DNA of 64,000 bases from assembly GCA_963761335.1 (NCBI GenBank), contig CAVXGR010000013.1, positions 288,001 to 352,000 on the forward strand, given 5' to 3'. The notes beneath the pieces are model-generated. The model did not search any database and was not told the DNA's origin. It was given only the letters and a program-made list of their open reading frames with translations. The position numbers were made by a program, and so were the translations under genes. Each line of letters starts with the position of its first letter. Position 1 is the stretch's first letter. Positions 47,990 to 63,445 of the stretch are shown here, piece after piece. This stretch comes from an uncultured delta proteobacterium. Its GTDB lineage: Bacteria; Desulfobacterota; Binatia; HRBIN30; BPIQ01.

Positions 47990-50806
47990 TCAGCGGTCGC
48001 GCCGCCCACCGGCCGCCTCGGCGAGCTCGCCTTTCACCGTGACCGCGCGGCCACCGGTGGCGATGCGGGCCAAGGCGCGATTGACCAGCTCGGCCTCCTC
48101 CTTCTGGTGCACCTTGGCGATACCGGTCGCCGGGCTCGCCGCCTCGTCGCGGCCGACATAGCTGAGAGAGTGTGTCTCCGGCAAGAGCGGTCGCAGGCGC
48201 AGGCTCATGAACTGCCAGGCGCCCGCGTTCCACGGCTCTTCCTGCACCCAACGCACGTCGCGCACCGCCGCGTACTGGGACAGCAGCGCCACAATCTCGC
48301 GCTCGGGAAAGGGATAGAGCTGCTCGACGCGAATGAGGGCGATCTCGTCGATCTCCCGCTCCCGCCGCGCCTCCAGCAGGGTGTAGTAGACCTTGCCGCT
48401 GCAGAGGAGGAGCCGGCGCACCTTGGCGCGGTCCAGACCCTCGGTCTCGTCGATCACCGTCTCGAAGGTGCCGTGGGTCAGAGCCTCCGGGGCCGAGGTC
48501 GCAAGTCGATGGCGGAGCAGGCTCTTCGGAGTCATCACGATCAACGGCTTGCGGAAGTTGCGATGCATCTGACGCCGCAGGGCGTGGAAGAACTGCGCCG
48601 GTGTGGTCAGATTGCAGACCTGGACGTTGTTCTCGGCACACAGCTGTAGAAAGCGCTCCAGGCGCGCGCTCGAGTGCTCGGGCCCCTGACCCTCGTAGCC
48701 GTGCGGCAGCAGGAGAACGATGCCGTTCATCCGTTGCCACTTCGACTCGGCGCTGACGATGAACTGGTCGATGAACACCTGCGCGACATTGGCGAAGTCG
48801 CCGAACTGCGCCTCCCAGGTGACCAGGCGGTGTGGATCCGCGGAGCTCATGCCGTACTCGAAGCCGAGCACTGCCCCTTCCGAGAGCGGGCTGTCGACGA
48901 TCTCGACCTCGGCCTGATCGCCGGCGATGTGATTGAGCGGCACGTACGCCGCTCCGGACTCGATGTCGCGCCAGACGGCATGGCGGTGGCTGAAGGTTCC
49001 GCGGCCGCTGTCCTGGCCGCTCAGCCGCACGGGCGTTCCCTCCAGCAGCAGAGTGCCGAAGGCGAGCGCTTCGGCGCATCCCCAGTCCATGGCCCCTCCC
49101 GGCTCCAGCATGCGGGCGCGCGCCTCCATCAGACGCTGTAGCTTGGGGTGAATGTGGAATCCTTCCGGAACCGCGGTGAAGACGCGCCTCACTCTCTCGA
49201 CCACCTCGCGAGGGACGGCGGTGTCCGCGCTCCAGTCCTCGCCTGCCCAGGTCAGTCCCTTCCAGACGCCGCCCAGGGCAAAGACCTGCTGGCGCGGCAT
49301 GAAGTCGCGGCTGTACTCCAGGGCGGCGTCGAGGACCTCGCGCAGGTCGGCGGCGATCCGCTCCGGAAGCTCCGGCGGTACCTCCCCGGAGTCGACCAGG
49401 CGCTTCTCGTACTGCTGGCGCACCGTCGGGTGGTTAGCCACCTTCTTGTACATCTCCGGCTGCGTGAAGGTGGGATCGTCGAGCTCGTTGTGGCCGTGAC
49501 GCCGGTAGCAGACCAGATCGATGATCACGTCCTTCTTGAACGCCTGGCGGAAGCCCACGGCCAGGCGGGCGGCGTGCACCACCGCTTCGGGATCGTCGCC
49601 GTTCACGTGGAACACGGGAACGCGAATCATCTTCGCGGTGTCGCTGGCATAGGGGGTGAAGCGATAGCTCCCCGGCGAGGTGGTGAAGCCGATTTGGTTG
49701 TTGAGGATGACGTGGATCGTGCCGCCGGTGCGGTAGGCCGGCAGCTCCGACAGCGCCAGGGTCTCGGGCACGATGCCCTCGCCGCTGAAAGCGGCGTCCC
49801 CGTGGATCAGCACAGGCACCACCCGCCGCCGCTCGTCGTCGCCGATGATCTCCTGCTTGGCGCGCACCATCCCCTCGATGACCGGGTTGATCATCTCCAG
49901 GTGGCTCGGGTTCGAGCTCAGGGAGAGATGCAGGCGATGACCGCGGCGCGTGGTGTGATCGCTTGAGAAGCCGAGGTGGTATTTGACGTCGCCGTCGCCC
50001 ATGATGTCGCGCGGCAGCGAGGCCCCCTCGAACTCCCCGAGCAGCATCTCCAGCGGCTTGGCCAGGATGTTCGCCAGCACGTTCAGGCGGCCGCGGTGGG
50101 CCATGCCCATCACCATCTCCTGCGCTCCGCTGTCGCCGAGCGACTCGACCATGGCATCGAGGAGAGGGATCAACGAGTCGCCCCCCTCCAGCGAGAAGCG
50201 CTTCTGGGTGGGGTACTTGGCGTGCAGGAAGCGCTCGAAGTCCTCGGCGGCGATGAGCTTGGCGAGAATCGCCTGCCGATCCTCGACGCTGAGCTCGGGC
50301 CGATTGGCGGAGCGCTCCATGTGCTCCTGGAGCCAGTCGCGCTGCTCCTTCTCCGCGATGTCGGCGTACTCGACGCCGATCGTCCCGCAGTACGTCTCCC
50401 GCAGCGAGCGCACCAGCTCGCGCAGCGTGGCGACGTTGCAGCCCTTGAAGTTGCCGCATTGGACCACACGATCGAGGTCGGCGTCGGTGAAGCCGAACTC
50501 GGTCAGCGACAGCAGCGGGTGCTCCCTCGGGCTGCCGCCGAGTGGATCGAGGTCGGCAATCAGGTGGCCGAGCTCGCGATAGCTGTGCACCAGGTCGAAG
50601 ACGCCGATGACCGGTGAGCCGCCGTGCGCCCGGTACTCGGGCGCGACGTGGAGAATGGCCCCCGTCTCGCGCCCCGCGTGCCCGTCGAGCTGCGAGAAGA
50701 GCTCGACCCACTGTGGGTCCACCGCCGACCGATCGCTCAGGTAGCGCCGGTAGACGTCCTCCAGGTAGCCGGCATTCTCCGGCGACAGATCTTCCGGATT
50801 CTTCAT
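47990..50806 (-). CDS. sucA: 2-oxoglutarate dehydrogenase E1
   Basis: KRFSLEG, GMAHRGRLN, GDVKYHLG, HGDAAF, WEAQFGDF and HSSARLERFLQL motifs. Confidence 0.97.
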   Translation of the reverse strand: MKNPEDLSPENAGYLEDVYRRYLSDRSAVDPQWVELFSQLDGHAGRETGAILHVAPEYRAHGGSPVIGVFDLVHSYRELGHLIADLDPLGGSPREHPLLSLTEFGFTDADLDRVVQCGNFKGCNVATLRELVRSLRETYCGTIGVEYADIAEKEQRDWLQEHMERSANRPELSVEDRQAILAKLIAAEDFERFLHAKYPTQKRFSLEGGDSLIPLLDAMVESLGDSGAQEMVMGMAHRGRLNVLANILAKPLEMLLGEFEGASLPRDIMGDGDVKYHLGFSSDHTTRRGHRLHLSLSSNPSHLEMINPVIEGMVRAKQEIIGDDERRRVVPVLIHGDAAFSGEGIVPETLALSELPAYRTGGTIHVILNNQIGFTTSPGSYRFTPYASDTAKMIRVPVFHVNGDDPEAVVHAARLAVGFRQAFKKDVIIDLVCYRRHGHNELDDPTFTQPEMYKKVANHPTVRQQYEKRLVDSGEVPPELPERIAADLREVLDAALEYSRDFMPRQQVFALGGVWKGLTWAGEDWSADTAVPREVVERVRRVFTAVPEGFHIHPKLQRLMEARARMLEPGGAMDWGCAEALAFGTLLLEGTPVRLSGQDSGRGTFSHRHAVWRDIESGAAYVPLNHIAGDQAEVEIVDSPLSEGAVLGFEYGMSSADPHRLVTWEAQFGDFANVAQVFIDQFIVSAESKWQRMNGIVLLLPHGYEGQGPEHSSARLERFLQLCAENNVQVCNLTTPAQFFHALRRQMHRNFRKPLIVMTPKSLLRHRLATSAPEALTHGTFETVIDETEGLDRAKVRRLLLCSGKVYYTLLEARREREIDEIALIRVEQLYPFPEREIVALLSQYAAVRDVRWVQEEPWNAGAWQFMSLRLRPLLPETHSLSYVGRDEAASPATGIAKVHQKEEAELVNRALARIATGGRAVTVKGELAEAAGGRRDR

Positions 50807-50829
50807 CACACTGACTCCGTTCTCCGAAC

Positions 50830-51108
50830 CTAGCTCTCCGTCTCGCGTTCCGCGAGACGCTCGAGCAGGCGGAGGATGACGTCGACCCCGGCGAGGTTCA
50901 CGCCGATCTGCTCGAAGGAGCGGATGCGGCGCACGTGCACCACGGCGGTGTGCGCGTACAGGCGTTCGCTGCGCCGGCCGCGGCTGATCACTCGGCTCGC
51001 CACCAGCAGGCCTTCCTCCTCGTAGCGCTGCACCTTGCGCACCGAGCAACCGGCGAGCTTGGCGAGCGCCTCCATGGTCAGCAACTCCAGCTGCGCGTCC
51101 GACTTCAT
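50830..51108 (-). CDS. cbpM: Chaperone modulator CbpM-like (MerR-type HTH)
   Basis: LAKLAG...RYEEEGLL...GVNLAGVDVILRLLER; ATGA overlap with the J-domain gene. Confidence 0.8.
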   Translation of the reverse strand: MKSDAQLELLTMEALAKLAGCSVRKVQRYEEEGLLVASRVISRGRRSERLYAHTAVVHVRRIRSFEQIGVNLAGVDVILRLLERLAERETES

Positions 51109-52169
51109 GAGGCCTCCCGGAAGAGCGACTCGCGCGGATCGGGCTGGTGGCCGGCAACGCGGTCCCTGAGCTTGCCGAGCAGCTCCTTCTCCTCGTCGTC
51201 GAGCGACGAGGGAACGACGATCTTCACCGTGTACAGCAGGTCGCCCACCGACTTGCCGCGCCCTCCGGGCAGTCCCTTGCCGCGCAGGCGAAGCGTCTGG
51301 CCGCTCTGCGTCCCCGCGGGAATGCGCAGCCGCACTCGTCCATCCAGCGTCGGAACCTCGACCTGGCCGCCGAGAGCGGCCTCGAAATCCCACACCGGCA
51401 GCTCGCAGAGAAGGTCCCGCTCGCTGACGCGAAACACCGGATGCGGCAGGAGGCGAACGCGCACGTAGAGATCCCCGGCGCCACCGTTCGTCCCCTTCCC
51501 CCCCTGCCCCGCCAGCCGCAGGCGGGTGCCGTCGGTTACTCCGGCGGGGATGCGGACGTTGACGCTGCGCCGCCCGGGGATAATGCCGCTGCCGTGGCAC
51601 TGCGGGCACGGATGCGCGTTGTAGGTCACCCGTACCTGGCCCTCCCGCCGCGCCTCGTTGGCGACCATGCCGCGGCCGCCGCACTGGGTGCAGGTGTCTT
51701 CGACTTGCAGCTCGAGATGACGGCTGCCCCCATGTGCCGCCTCGCGCAGCGTCACCGGCACCTCGACCTCGAGATCGAGGCCGCGCGCCGGCGCCTCACC
51801 TCCGAAGAACACGTCCCAGCCGCCGCCGCGAGCGGCGCGGGCTCCACCGCGGCCGCCAAAGAAGGTCGAGAAGAAGTCGCTGAAGTCCGCCGATGCCGGT
51901 CCCTCGGAGGCGTAGCGGCGCCGCACCTCCTCATCGCGCTCGATGCGCTCCCAGTCGGCGCCCAGAGAGTCATACTTCTTGCGTTTCTCCGGATTCGAGA
52001 GAACTTCGTAGGCCTCGTTGATCTCCTTGAACTTCGCCTCGGCGCCGGCGTCGCCCGGATTGACATCCGGGTGAAATTTGCGCGCCAGCTTTCGAAAGGC
52101 GTCGCGAATCTGCTTCTGATCGGCCTCGCGCGGCACGTTCAGCGTGGCGTAGTAGTCTCGGTACTCCAT
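51105..52169 (-). CDS. cbpA: J-domain co-chaperone, CbpA/DnaJ-like with a single Zn site
   Basis: DYY, HPD, FSDFF; only two CxxCxGxG repeats; DnaJ C-terminal domain. Confidence 0.85.
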   Translation of the reverse strand: MEYRDYYATLNVPREADQKQIRDAFRKLARKFHPDVNPGDAGAEAKFKEINEAYEVLSNPEKRKKYDSLGADWERIERDEEVRRRYASEGPASADFSDFFSTFFGGRGGARAARGGGWDVFFGGEAPARGLDLEVEVPVTLREAAHGGSRHLELQVEDTCTQCGGRGMVANEARREGQVRVTYNAHPCPQCHGSGIIPGRRSVNVRIPAGVTDGTRLRLAGQGGKGTNGGAGDLYVRVRLLPHPVFRVSERDLLCELPVWDFEAALGGQVEVPTLDGRVRLRIPAGTQSGQTLRLRGKGLPGGRGKSVGDLLYTVKIVVPSSLDDEEKELLGKLRDRVAGHQPDPRESLFREAS

Positions 52170-52446
52170 GAAATTCAGCGTTGACGATAGCGAGTCGGCC
52201 GAGTGGCGGCAATTCCGCTAGCAGACTGAGGCCCCGGCGGCAGCCTCGGCGAGTGTTCCCAGGCCAGATATCTACCCCATCGCCGGATATGCCGGCTGGC
52301 TACAGAATTCTATTGCAATCCGCACCCGCTTCGAGCTATTCCCCCCGCGGGCCACCTGCGCGAAGTCTCGTTACGCGCCTGTGAACGCCCGTGCTGGCAT
52401 CCATTGTAACCTATCTGTTTTGTTGACAATTTGCGTTAGTCACACC

Positions 52447-52455
52447 TGTGGATAA
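52447..52455 (-). promoter_or_regulatory. Perfect DnaA box
   Basis: TGTGGATAA, i.e. TTATCCACA on the minus strand, at the dnaA start. Confidence 0.85.
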
Positions 52456-53812
52456 ACCTGTGGGGGATTTTCCACTTGAGAATCTGTGGGAACGCGTGCG
52501 TGCGGAGCTCCGCGAACGGGTCCCGGAGTCGGACTACTTGCAACTTCTCGCGCCTTTGAACGCCAGTGTGCGCGGCGACTCCCTGATCCTCGAGGCGCCG
52601 AGCTGGCTCGCCATCGACACCATCGCCCATCGCTATCTCCCGGCGATCAATGAGGCGGTGGCACGCGCTGCTGGAAGGGAGGTCGCGGTGCGCTTGCAGC
52701 CGCCGCGCCTGCAACAACAAGAGCTCTTTCCCCCGGCGGCTCAGCCGAGCCGCACCCTTCGCCTGCGCCCGCGCGAGAGTCTTCGCGCCGACGGCCTACT
52801 GCCCAAGTACACCTTCGACCAATTCATTGTCGGTGCCAGCAATCAGTTTGCCCATGCGGCGTGCAAGGCCGTCGCCAACCAGCCGGGGGAGCGCTACAAC
52901 CCGCTTTTCATCTATGGCGGCGTCGGTCTCGGAAAGACCCACCTGGTGAACGCCATCGGCCATCAGATTCTCGGCGACAACCCGGATACGCGAATCGCCT
53001 ACCTCTCCGCCGAGTCGTTCATGAACGAGCTCATCGGCGCCCTGCGCCGCGATCGCATGGACGAGTTCAAGAACCGCTTCCGGCGAGTCGACGTGCTCAT
53101 CCTCGACGACGTGCAGTTTCTCGCCGGACGCGAGCGCACCCAGGAGGAGTTCTTCCACACCTTCAACACCCTGCACGAGAGCCACCGCCAGATCGTCCTC
53201 ACCTCGGACAAGTTCCCCAAAGAGATCTCCGGTCTCGAGGAGCGACTGCGAAACCGCTTCGAGTGGGGCTTGATCGCCGACATCCAATCGCCCGACCTGG
53301 AAACGCGGGTCGCCATTCTCGAGAAGAAGGCAGAGGTCGAGCACATCGATCTGCCGCACGATGTGGCCCTCTTCCTGGCACACCAGGTGGACACCAACGT
53401 CCGCGAGCTCGAGGGCTCGCTCACCCGCCTCGGCGCCTTCGCCTCACTGAATCGGCAGCCGATCACCGTCGATTTCGCCCGCGATGTGCTCAGCACCGTG
53501 CTGCGCGAGCGGCCGCCGGACATCACCATCGAGAAGATCCAGGAGACCGTCTGCAACTTCTTCGACCTGCGGCCGACCGAGATGCGCTCAAAGAAACGGA
53601 CGAAGAACATCGCCTTGCCGCGCCAGCTGGCGATGTACTTCTGCCGCCGCCTCACACAGGCATCCTACCCGGTGATCGGCGAGCGCTTCGGCGGACGCGA
53701 TCACTCGACGGTGATCCACGCCACCAACACGATCGAGCAGAGGCTCACGCAGGACGCAGGCTTTCGCGATACCGTGGCGCGCATCGAGAGACTCTTGCGG
53801 GCCGGGGGATGA
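52448..53812 (+). CDS. dnaA: Chromosomal replication initiator DnaA
   Basis: YNPLFIYGGVGLGKTHL, LDDVQF, TQEEFFHTFN, NVRELEG and GGRDHSTV motifs. Confidence 0.98.
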   Translation: MDKPVGDFPLENLWERVRAELRERVPESDYLQLLAPLNASVRGDSLILEAPSWLAIDTIAHRYLPAINEAVARAAGREVAVRLQPPRLQQQELFPPAAQPSRTLRLRPRESLRADGLLPKYTFDQFIVGASNQFAHAACKAVANQPGERYNPLFIYGGVGLGKTHLVNAIGHQILGDNPDTRIAYLSAESFMNELIGALRRDRMDEFKNRFRRVDVLILDDVQFLAGRERTQEEFFHTFNTLHESHRQIVLTSDKFPKEISGLEERLRNRFEWGLIADIQSPDLETRVAILEKKAEVEHIDLPHDVALFLAHQVDTNVRELEGSLTRLGAFASLNRQPITVDFARDVLSTVLRERPPDITIEKIQETVCNFFDLRPTEMRSKKRTKNIALPRQLAMYFCRRLTQASYPVIGERFGGRDHSTVIHATNTIEQRLTQDAGFRDTVARIERLLRAGG

Positions 53813-54036
53813 GAGGCCAGGTGTGGAGCGCCTGTGGATGAGAGGGGAACAGATGCGCTCAGACCGGCGGCGATGCTCCCAAGGTGCACCGCTCCACATC
53901 GCCGGCCGATCACGCAAGTCGCGGAGGTCGCATCTGTTTTCAGACGCTCTCCACTTGTCCACAGGACTTACTATTACTTGTTTTCTTTAATGAATTAAAA
54001 GAAAAGAAGAAGGGCAACCAGCGGGGTGGATAATTC
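53813..54036. promoter_or_regulatory. Probable oriC core (DnaA boxes, DnaA-trio-like repeats, AT-rich DUE)
   Basis: TGTGGATGA 53833-53841; TTGTCCACA 53955-53963; TAC TAT TAC 53969-53977; AT-rich 53968-54011; GGTGGATAA 54025-54033. Confidence 0.8.
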
Positions 54037-55152
54037 ATGGAGTTCACGATCTCACGGGATGAATGGCAAGGAGCGCTGTATCTCATGCAGGGAGTGGTCG
54101 AGCGCCGGACGACGGTGCCTGTGCTGGCCAACGTGCTGCTCACGTCGGAAGGCGACGGCGTTGTGGTCGCCGCCACCGACCAGCAGATCGGTGTGCGCCG
54201 GCACTGCACTGCTCGGGTGAAGCGCAAGGGCAGCGCCACCGCCAACGGCCGGATCCTCTACGAGATCGGACGCGAGCTGCCCGAAGGAGACATCTCCGTG
54301 CGAGCTCTGGAGAACAACTGGGTGGAGATCTCGGCCGGGAAGTCGCACTTCAAGGTCGTCGGTCTGGACCCCCAGGAGTTCCCTGCGATGCCGAAGATGC
54401 CGCGCGACGCCGACAAGCAAATGCTGACACTGCCGACGGTGACGCTGGCGGAGATGATCAATCGCACCCTGTTCTCGGTATCGACCGACGAGACGCGGGT
54501 GAATCTCAGCGGCATCTATCTCGAGACTTTGGAGAATGGCGAGGTGCGCGCCGTGGCCACCGACGGCCACCGACTGGCACTGATCACCCGCAAGGTGGCG
54601 GGAGCGACGCCGTCCCCGGGGGTGATCCTGCCGCGCAAGGGAGTGGTGGAGCTCAAGCGTCTGCTCGAGAGCGGCGAAGACGAGAGCATCAGCCTCGGGC
54701 GGAAGGGCACGGTGGTGCACGCTGCCCGCGGCGACGTCGAGCTCACCATGCGTCTCATCGAGGGAGACTTCCCCGACTACAAGCAGGTCATGCCCAGTAA
54801 TGCCAACCGCAAGCTGGTTGCCGATCTCGGGGAGCTGCAGGCGGCGCTGCGGCGCGTGTCTCTGGTTTCGAGCGAGATGTCACACGGCGTCCGCCTGTCG
54901 GCCGAGAGCGGCAAGCTGAAGCTCTCTTCGATGAACCCCGATCGTGGCGAGGCCGAGGAGGAGATCGAGGCCGAGTTCAGTGGCAAGGCGGTCGTGGTGG
55001 GCTTCAACGCCCGGTATCTGTTGGAGGTTCTGGCCGTCATGAAGCCCGGCTCGAGGGTCGAGATCGCGCTCGGTGACGAGCTCAGTCCGGGGCTCATCCA
55101 GGCGGATGACGACCCCGATTACAGCTACGTCGTCATGCCCATGCGCCTGTGA
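54037..55152 (+). CDS. dnaN: DNA polymerase III beta clamp
   Basis: ATDGHRL, LIEGDFPDY, GFNARYL and YVVMPMRL motifs. Confidence 0.97.
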   Translation: MEFTISRDEWQGALYLMQGVVERRTTVPVLANVLLTSEGDGVVVAATDQQIGVRRHCTARVKRKGSATANGRILYEIGRELPEGDISVRALENNWVEISAGKSHFKVVGLDPQEFPAMPKMPRDADKQMLTLPTVTLAEMINRTLFSVSTDETRVNLSGIYLETLENGEVRAVATDGHRLALITRKVAGATPSPGVILPRKGVVELKRLLESGEDESISLGRKGTVVHAARGDVELTMRLIEGDFPDYKQVMPSNANRKLVADLGELQAALRRVSLVSSEMSHGVRLSAESGKLKLSSMNPDRGEAEEEIEAEFSGKAVVVGFNARYLLEVLAVMKPGSRVEIALGDELSPGLIQADDDPDYSYVVMPMRL

Positions 55153-55213
55153 TTTCCGAGCCCCTTAGGGGGTCTTTTTGCAGCCCCCTTCCGGGGACCC
55201 AGAATTCGATTTA

Positions 55214-57757
<2,544 letters not shown>

Positions 57758-57784
57758 TCGCCCCCCGCCGTCGCAAAGGGATCC

Positions 57785-60267
<2,483 letters not shown>

Positions 60268-60271
<4 letters not shown>

Positions 60272-61974
60272 AGGCCTGGCTGCGGGCCGCCGGGCTCATT
60301 CTGATCCTACTCTCCGGCTGCGTCCGCCCCGTGGCGCCGCCCGCAGTGCCGTCACAGGAATACGTCGCCTACGGCCGCGACGTCATGGTGGCCACGGCGA
60401 ACGCGGCCGCCAGCCGTGCCGGCGTCCACATGCTGCAGCGGGGCGGCAATGCCGTCGACGCCTTCGCGGCCGCCTCCTTCGCGATCAGCGTCACGCGGCC
60501 GCAGTCGACCGGGATCGGTGGCGGCGGCTTCGCCGTCATCCACTTGAGTGACGGCCGCGGTGCCCCGCGCGATGTCGCCGTGGATTTTCGCGAGCGCGCC
60601 CCGGCGGGAGCGCGTCGCGACATGTTCCTCGACCCGAAGCTGCCGGAGCGGGCCAGCCTCTTCGGACCGTTGGCCATCGCCGTGCCCGGTACCGTCGCCG
60701 GTGTTCTCGAGATTCACCAGCGCTACGGGCGGCTGCCGCGCGCCGAGGTCATGGCTCCGGCGATCGAGCTTGCCGAGAACGGCTTTCCGGTATACCCGGC
60801 GCTGGCCCGCGCCATCGCGGAAATGCAACCGGTGCTCCGCCGTTGGCCGCAGACGGCTCGCATCTTCCTTCCCGGCGGCGAGCCGCTGCAGGCGGGGGAG
60901 CTCTTGCGGCAGACGGATCTGGCGGCGACGCTGCGCGCCATCGCCGCGGACGGCAAGGCGGCCTTCTACCGCGGCCCGATTGCCGCCGCCATTGCCGGCA
61001 CGGTGCAGCACCTCGGCGGCGTGCTGACGGTCTCCGACCTGGAGTCGTACCGCGTCATCGACCGACCCACGGTACGCGGCAGCTACCGCGGCTTCGACAT
61101 CATCGGCATGCCGCCGCCGAGCTCCGGCGGGGTGTTGATCCTGGAGATGACGAACATGCTCCAGGCGGTCGGACCGGGCGCCCTCGAGGGCACTCCAGCC
61201 GATCGCGCCCACCTCCTCGCCGAGATCATGCGGCGCGCCTACGAGGACCGCGCCGTCTATCTGGGCGATCCCGATTTCGTCGAGGTACCGGTGGAGCGAC
61301 TGATCTCACCCGCATGGGCCGCCGAGCGCATGCGCGACTTCGATCCGAAGCACGCCACCGAGCGGTCCGGGAGAGCGCCCGCGGATCTCGACGTCACGCA
61401 CACCACCCACATGTCCATCATCGACCGGAGCGGCAATGCCGTGGCCGCCACCGAGAGCGTCAACTTCGCCTTCGGCTCCGGAATCGTTGCCGACGGTACC
61501 GGGGTCATTCTGAACGACACCATGGACGACTTCGCCACCCGCCCGGGTGTCCCCAACGCCTACGGCCTGGTGGGGGCCGAGGCGAACGCCGTGGCGCCAG
61601 GAAAGACGCCGCTGTCGAGCATGTCGCCCACGATCCTGCTGCGCGACGGCAAACCCTTTCTCGTTGCCGGGAGCCCGGGTGGCTCGCTGATCATCACCGC
61701 CACCTGGCAGACGATCCTCAACGTCGTCGACCGCGGCATGTCCCTGCCCGAAGCGGTGGCGGCTCCACGCATCCACCACCAGGCGATTCCGAATCAGCTG
61801 AACTACGAGCCGGGCGCCCTCAGCGAGGAGATGAAGGCCGATCTCGAGGCCCGCGGGCATCGCCTGCACGAGGTGCCCGAGATGGGCGATGTGCAGGCCG
61901 TCATGCGCCTGCCCTCGGGAGGACTGGTCGGGGTCTCGGACCCGCGCAACCAGGGGCGGCCGGCGGGATACTGA
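60268..61974 (+). CDS. ggt: Gamma-glutamyltransferase, lipoprotein
   Basis: Lipobox [37 protein letters not shown] and GSPGG motifs. Confidence 0.93.
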
Positions 61975-61997
61975 GACTGCGGCGCGGGACGCGCATC

Positions 61998-62183
61998 ATG
62001 AAGCTCGCTTACGCCGCGCGGCGACTGCGTTTGGAGGTATCAACCGCGGCCGCGCATCGTCACCGTGCCGACTTGGATTTGAAGGCGAGCTGCTTTCCCA
62101 CCATCCACACCTTCTTCGACGCTCATCCCGAGCCCGCCAACTTCCAGAAAGTCCTCTTCTGGTCGGAGAAGACGGGGTGTTGA
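61998..62183 (+). CDS. Short hypothetical ORF or gene remnant (61 aa)
   Basis: ATG-initiated, GC3-biased 3' half, ends inside a GT-rich repeat. Confidence 0.3.
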   Translation: MKLAYAARRLRLEVSTAAAHRHRADLDLKASCFPTIHTFFDAHPEPANFQKVLFWSEKTGC

Positions 62184-62208
62184 GGGGTTGAGGTGTTGGC
62201 TGTTGGGG
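62174..62208 (+). repeat. GT-rich 7/8-bp-period repeat (GGTGTTG family)
   Basis: GGGGTGTTGAGGGGTTGAGGTGTTGGCTGTTGGGG. Confidence 0.6.
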
Positions 62209-62276
62209 AATCGAGTGGAAATAGTGATCAGCACGATGTTGTACTCTTCCGTCGGCGCCAGCTAGTCTGAGGGGCC

Positions 62277-63416
62277 ATGGAAAGACGCATGCGCATTCCC
62301 CTGGCAACCTTGGCGGCTGGAATTCTGGCAGTTGCCGGGTGCGGCGGAGGTGGCGGAACGCCGCCCCCGCCGAACCCGCTGTACGTCAGCGTCGCCGGCG
62401 ACGACGGCAACGTCGGCACCCGCGAGAACCCGCTGCGCACCATTGGCGAGGCAGCCAGCATCGCTCTAGACGGCTACGCCGTCATCGTCGGCCCCGGCGT
62501 CTACGAGGAGGCGGTGAGCACGGATCGGACGGGAACGCCGGCGCAGGCGGTGAGCTACATCGCCGACTTCACCGGCGAGCTCTCGCAGACGAACCCCGGC
62601 GATGTCACCATCGTGGCGCCGCTCCCGCAGACGCAGAACTCTCTCCCGGTGGCTTTCAAGTTGAACCATACCGCCAACACCATCCTCGACGGCTTTCACA
62701 TCACCGGCGGAAGCGGCGGCGGCGTGGTCATCAACCGCAGCCCCGGAGCCCGGGTGCAGAGCTGCGTCATCTACGACAACAAAGGGAACCAGGGCGACGG
62801 TATCCGGGTCCAGGATTCGCTGGGCGTCACCCTGTTCAACAACCTCGTCTTCGGCAACTCCAACGCCGGCATCTCTGTCGTCGGGCAGCCGGGCTCGCCG
62901 AACGCCCAGCTCCTCAACAACACGCTGTATCACAACCTCTACCGCGGCATTACCGTGGGCACCACCACCGCGACCTCGACCGGGGCCTTCCTGCGCAACA
63001 ACATCCTGTCCAAAAACGGCGACGCCGCGCCCGTGCCGCTCAATATCCGCGTGATCACCGAGCCACCCAGCACCACCGGTTTCAACGGAGACTTCAATCT
63101 CGTGTTCCCGGACACCTACACGCCGTCGACCCTCGCGGGGAGGAACGACATCAACGAGGATCCGCGCTTCGCCAACCCCGACGATCGCAACAATCCGGAC
63201 TTCCGCCTGCTGGCGGACAGCCCGGCGATCGATCACGGCACCAACTCGCTGGGGAACGCCGAGCTCGAGGACTGCCTGCGCCAATGGAGTGCGACCCTGG
63301 ACCCCTCTTCCGACATCGGCCGCTTCGACATGGGGTACCACGTCCCCAGCGGCGATCGGGAGCAGGCCCATTGCGGCGCGCGCCTACCCACTCCGATGCC
63401 GACTCCGGCGGCGTGA
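62277..63416 (+). CDS. Lipoprotein with right-handed parallel beta-helix (DUF1565/pectin-lyase-like)
   Basis: Lipobox VAGC; YVSV.GDD...GT.ENPLRTI; Asn-ladder repeats; DFRL..DSPAID.G; DMG. Confidence 0.85.
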   Translation: MERRMRIPLATLAAGILAVAGCGGGGGTPPPPNPLYVSVAGDDGNVGTRENPLRTIGEAASIALDGYAVIVGPGVYEEAVSTDRTGTPAQAVSYIADFTGELSQTNPGDVTIVAPLPQTQNSLPVAFKLNHTANTILDGFHITGGSGGGVVINRSPGARVQSCVIYDNKGNQGDGIRVQDSLGVTLFNNLVFGNSNAGISVVGQPGSPNAQLLNNTLYHNLYRGITVGTTTATSTGAFLRNNILSKNGDAAPVPLNIRVITEPPSTTGFNGDFNLVFPDTYTPSTLAGRNDINEDPRFANPDDRNNPDFRLLADSPAIDHGTNSLGNAELEDCLRQWSATLDPSSDIGRFDMGYHVPSGDREQAHCGARLPTPMPTPAA

Positions 63417-63445
63417 AGTATCGCCGCGAGGCGCCGCGGCGGGCC

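Noticed and set aside
46730..50806. Missing lpdA next to sucAB
   Set aside because: E3 is commonly shared and encoded elsewhere, so this is not unusual
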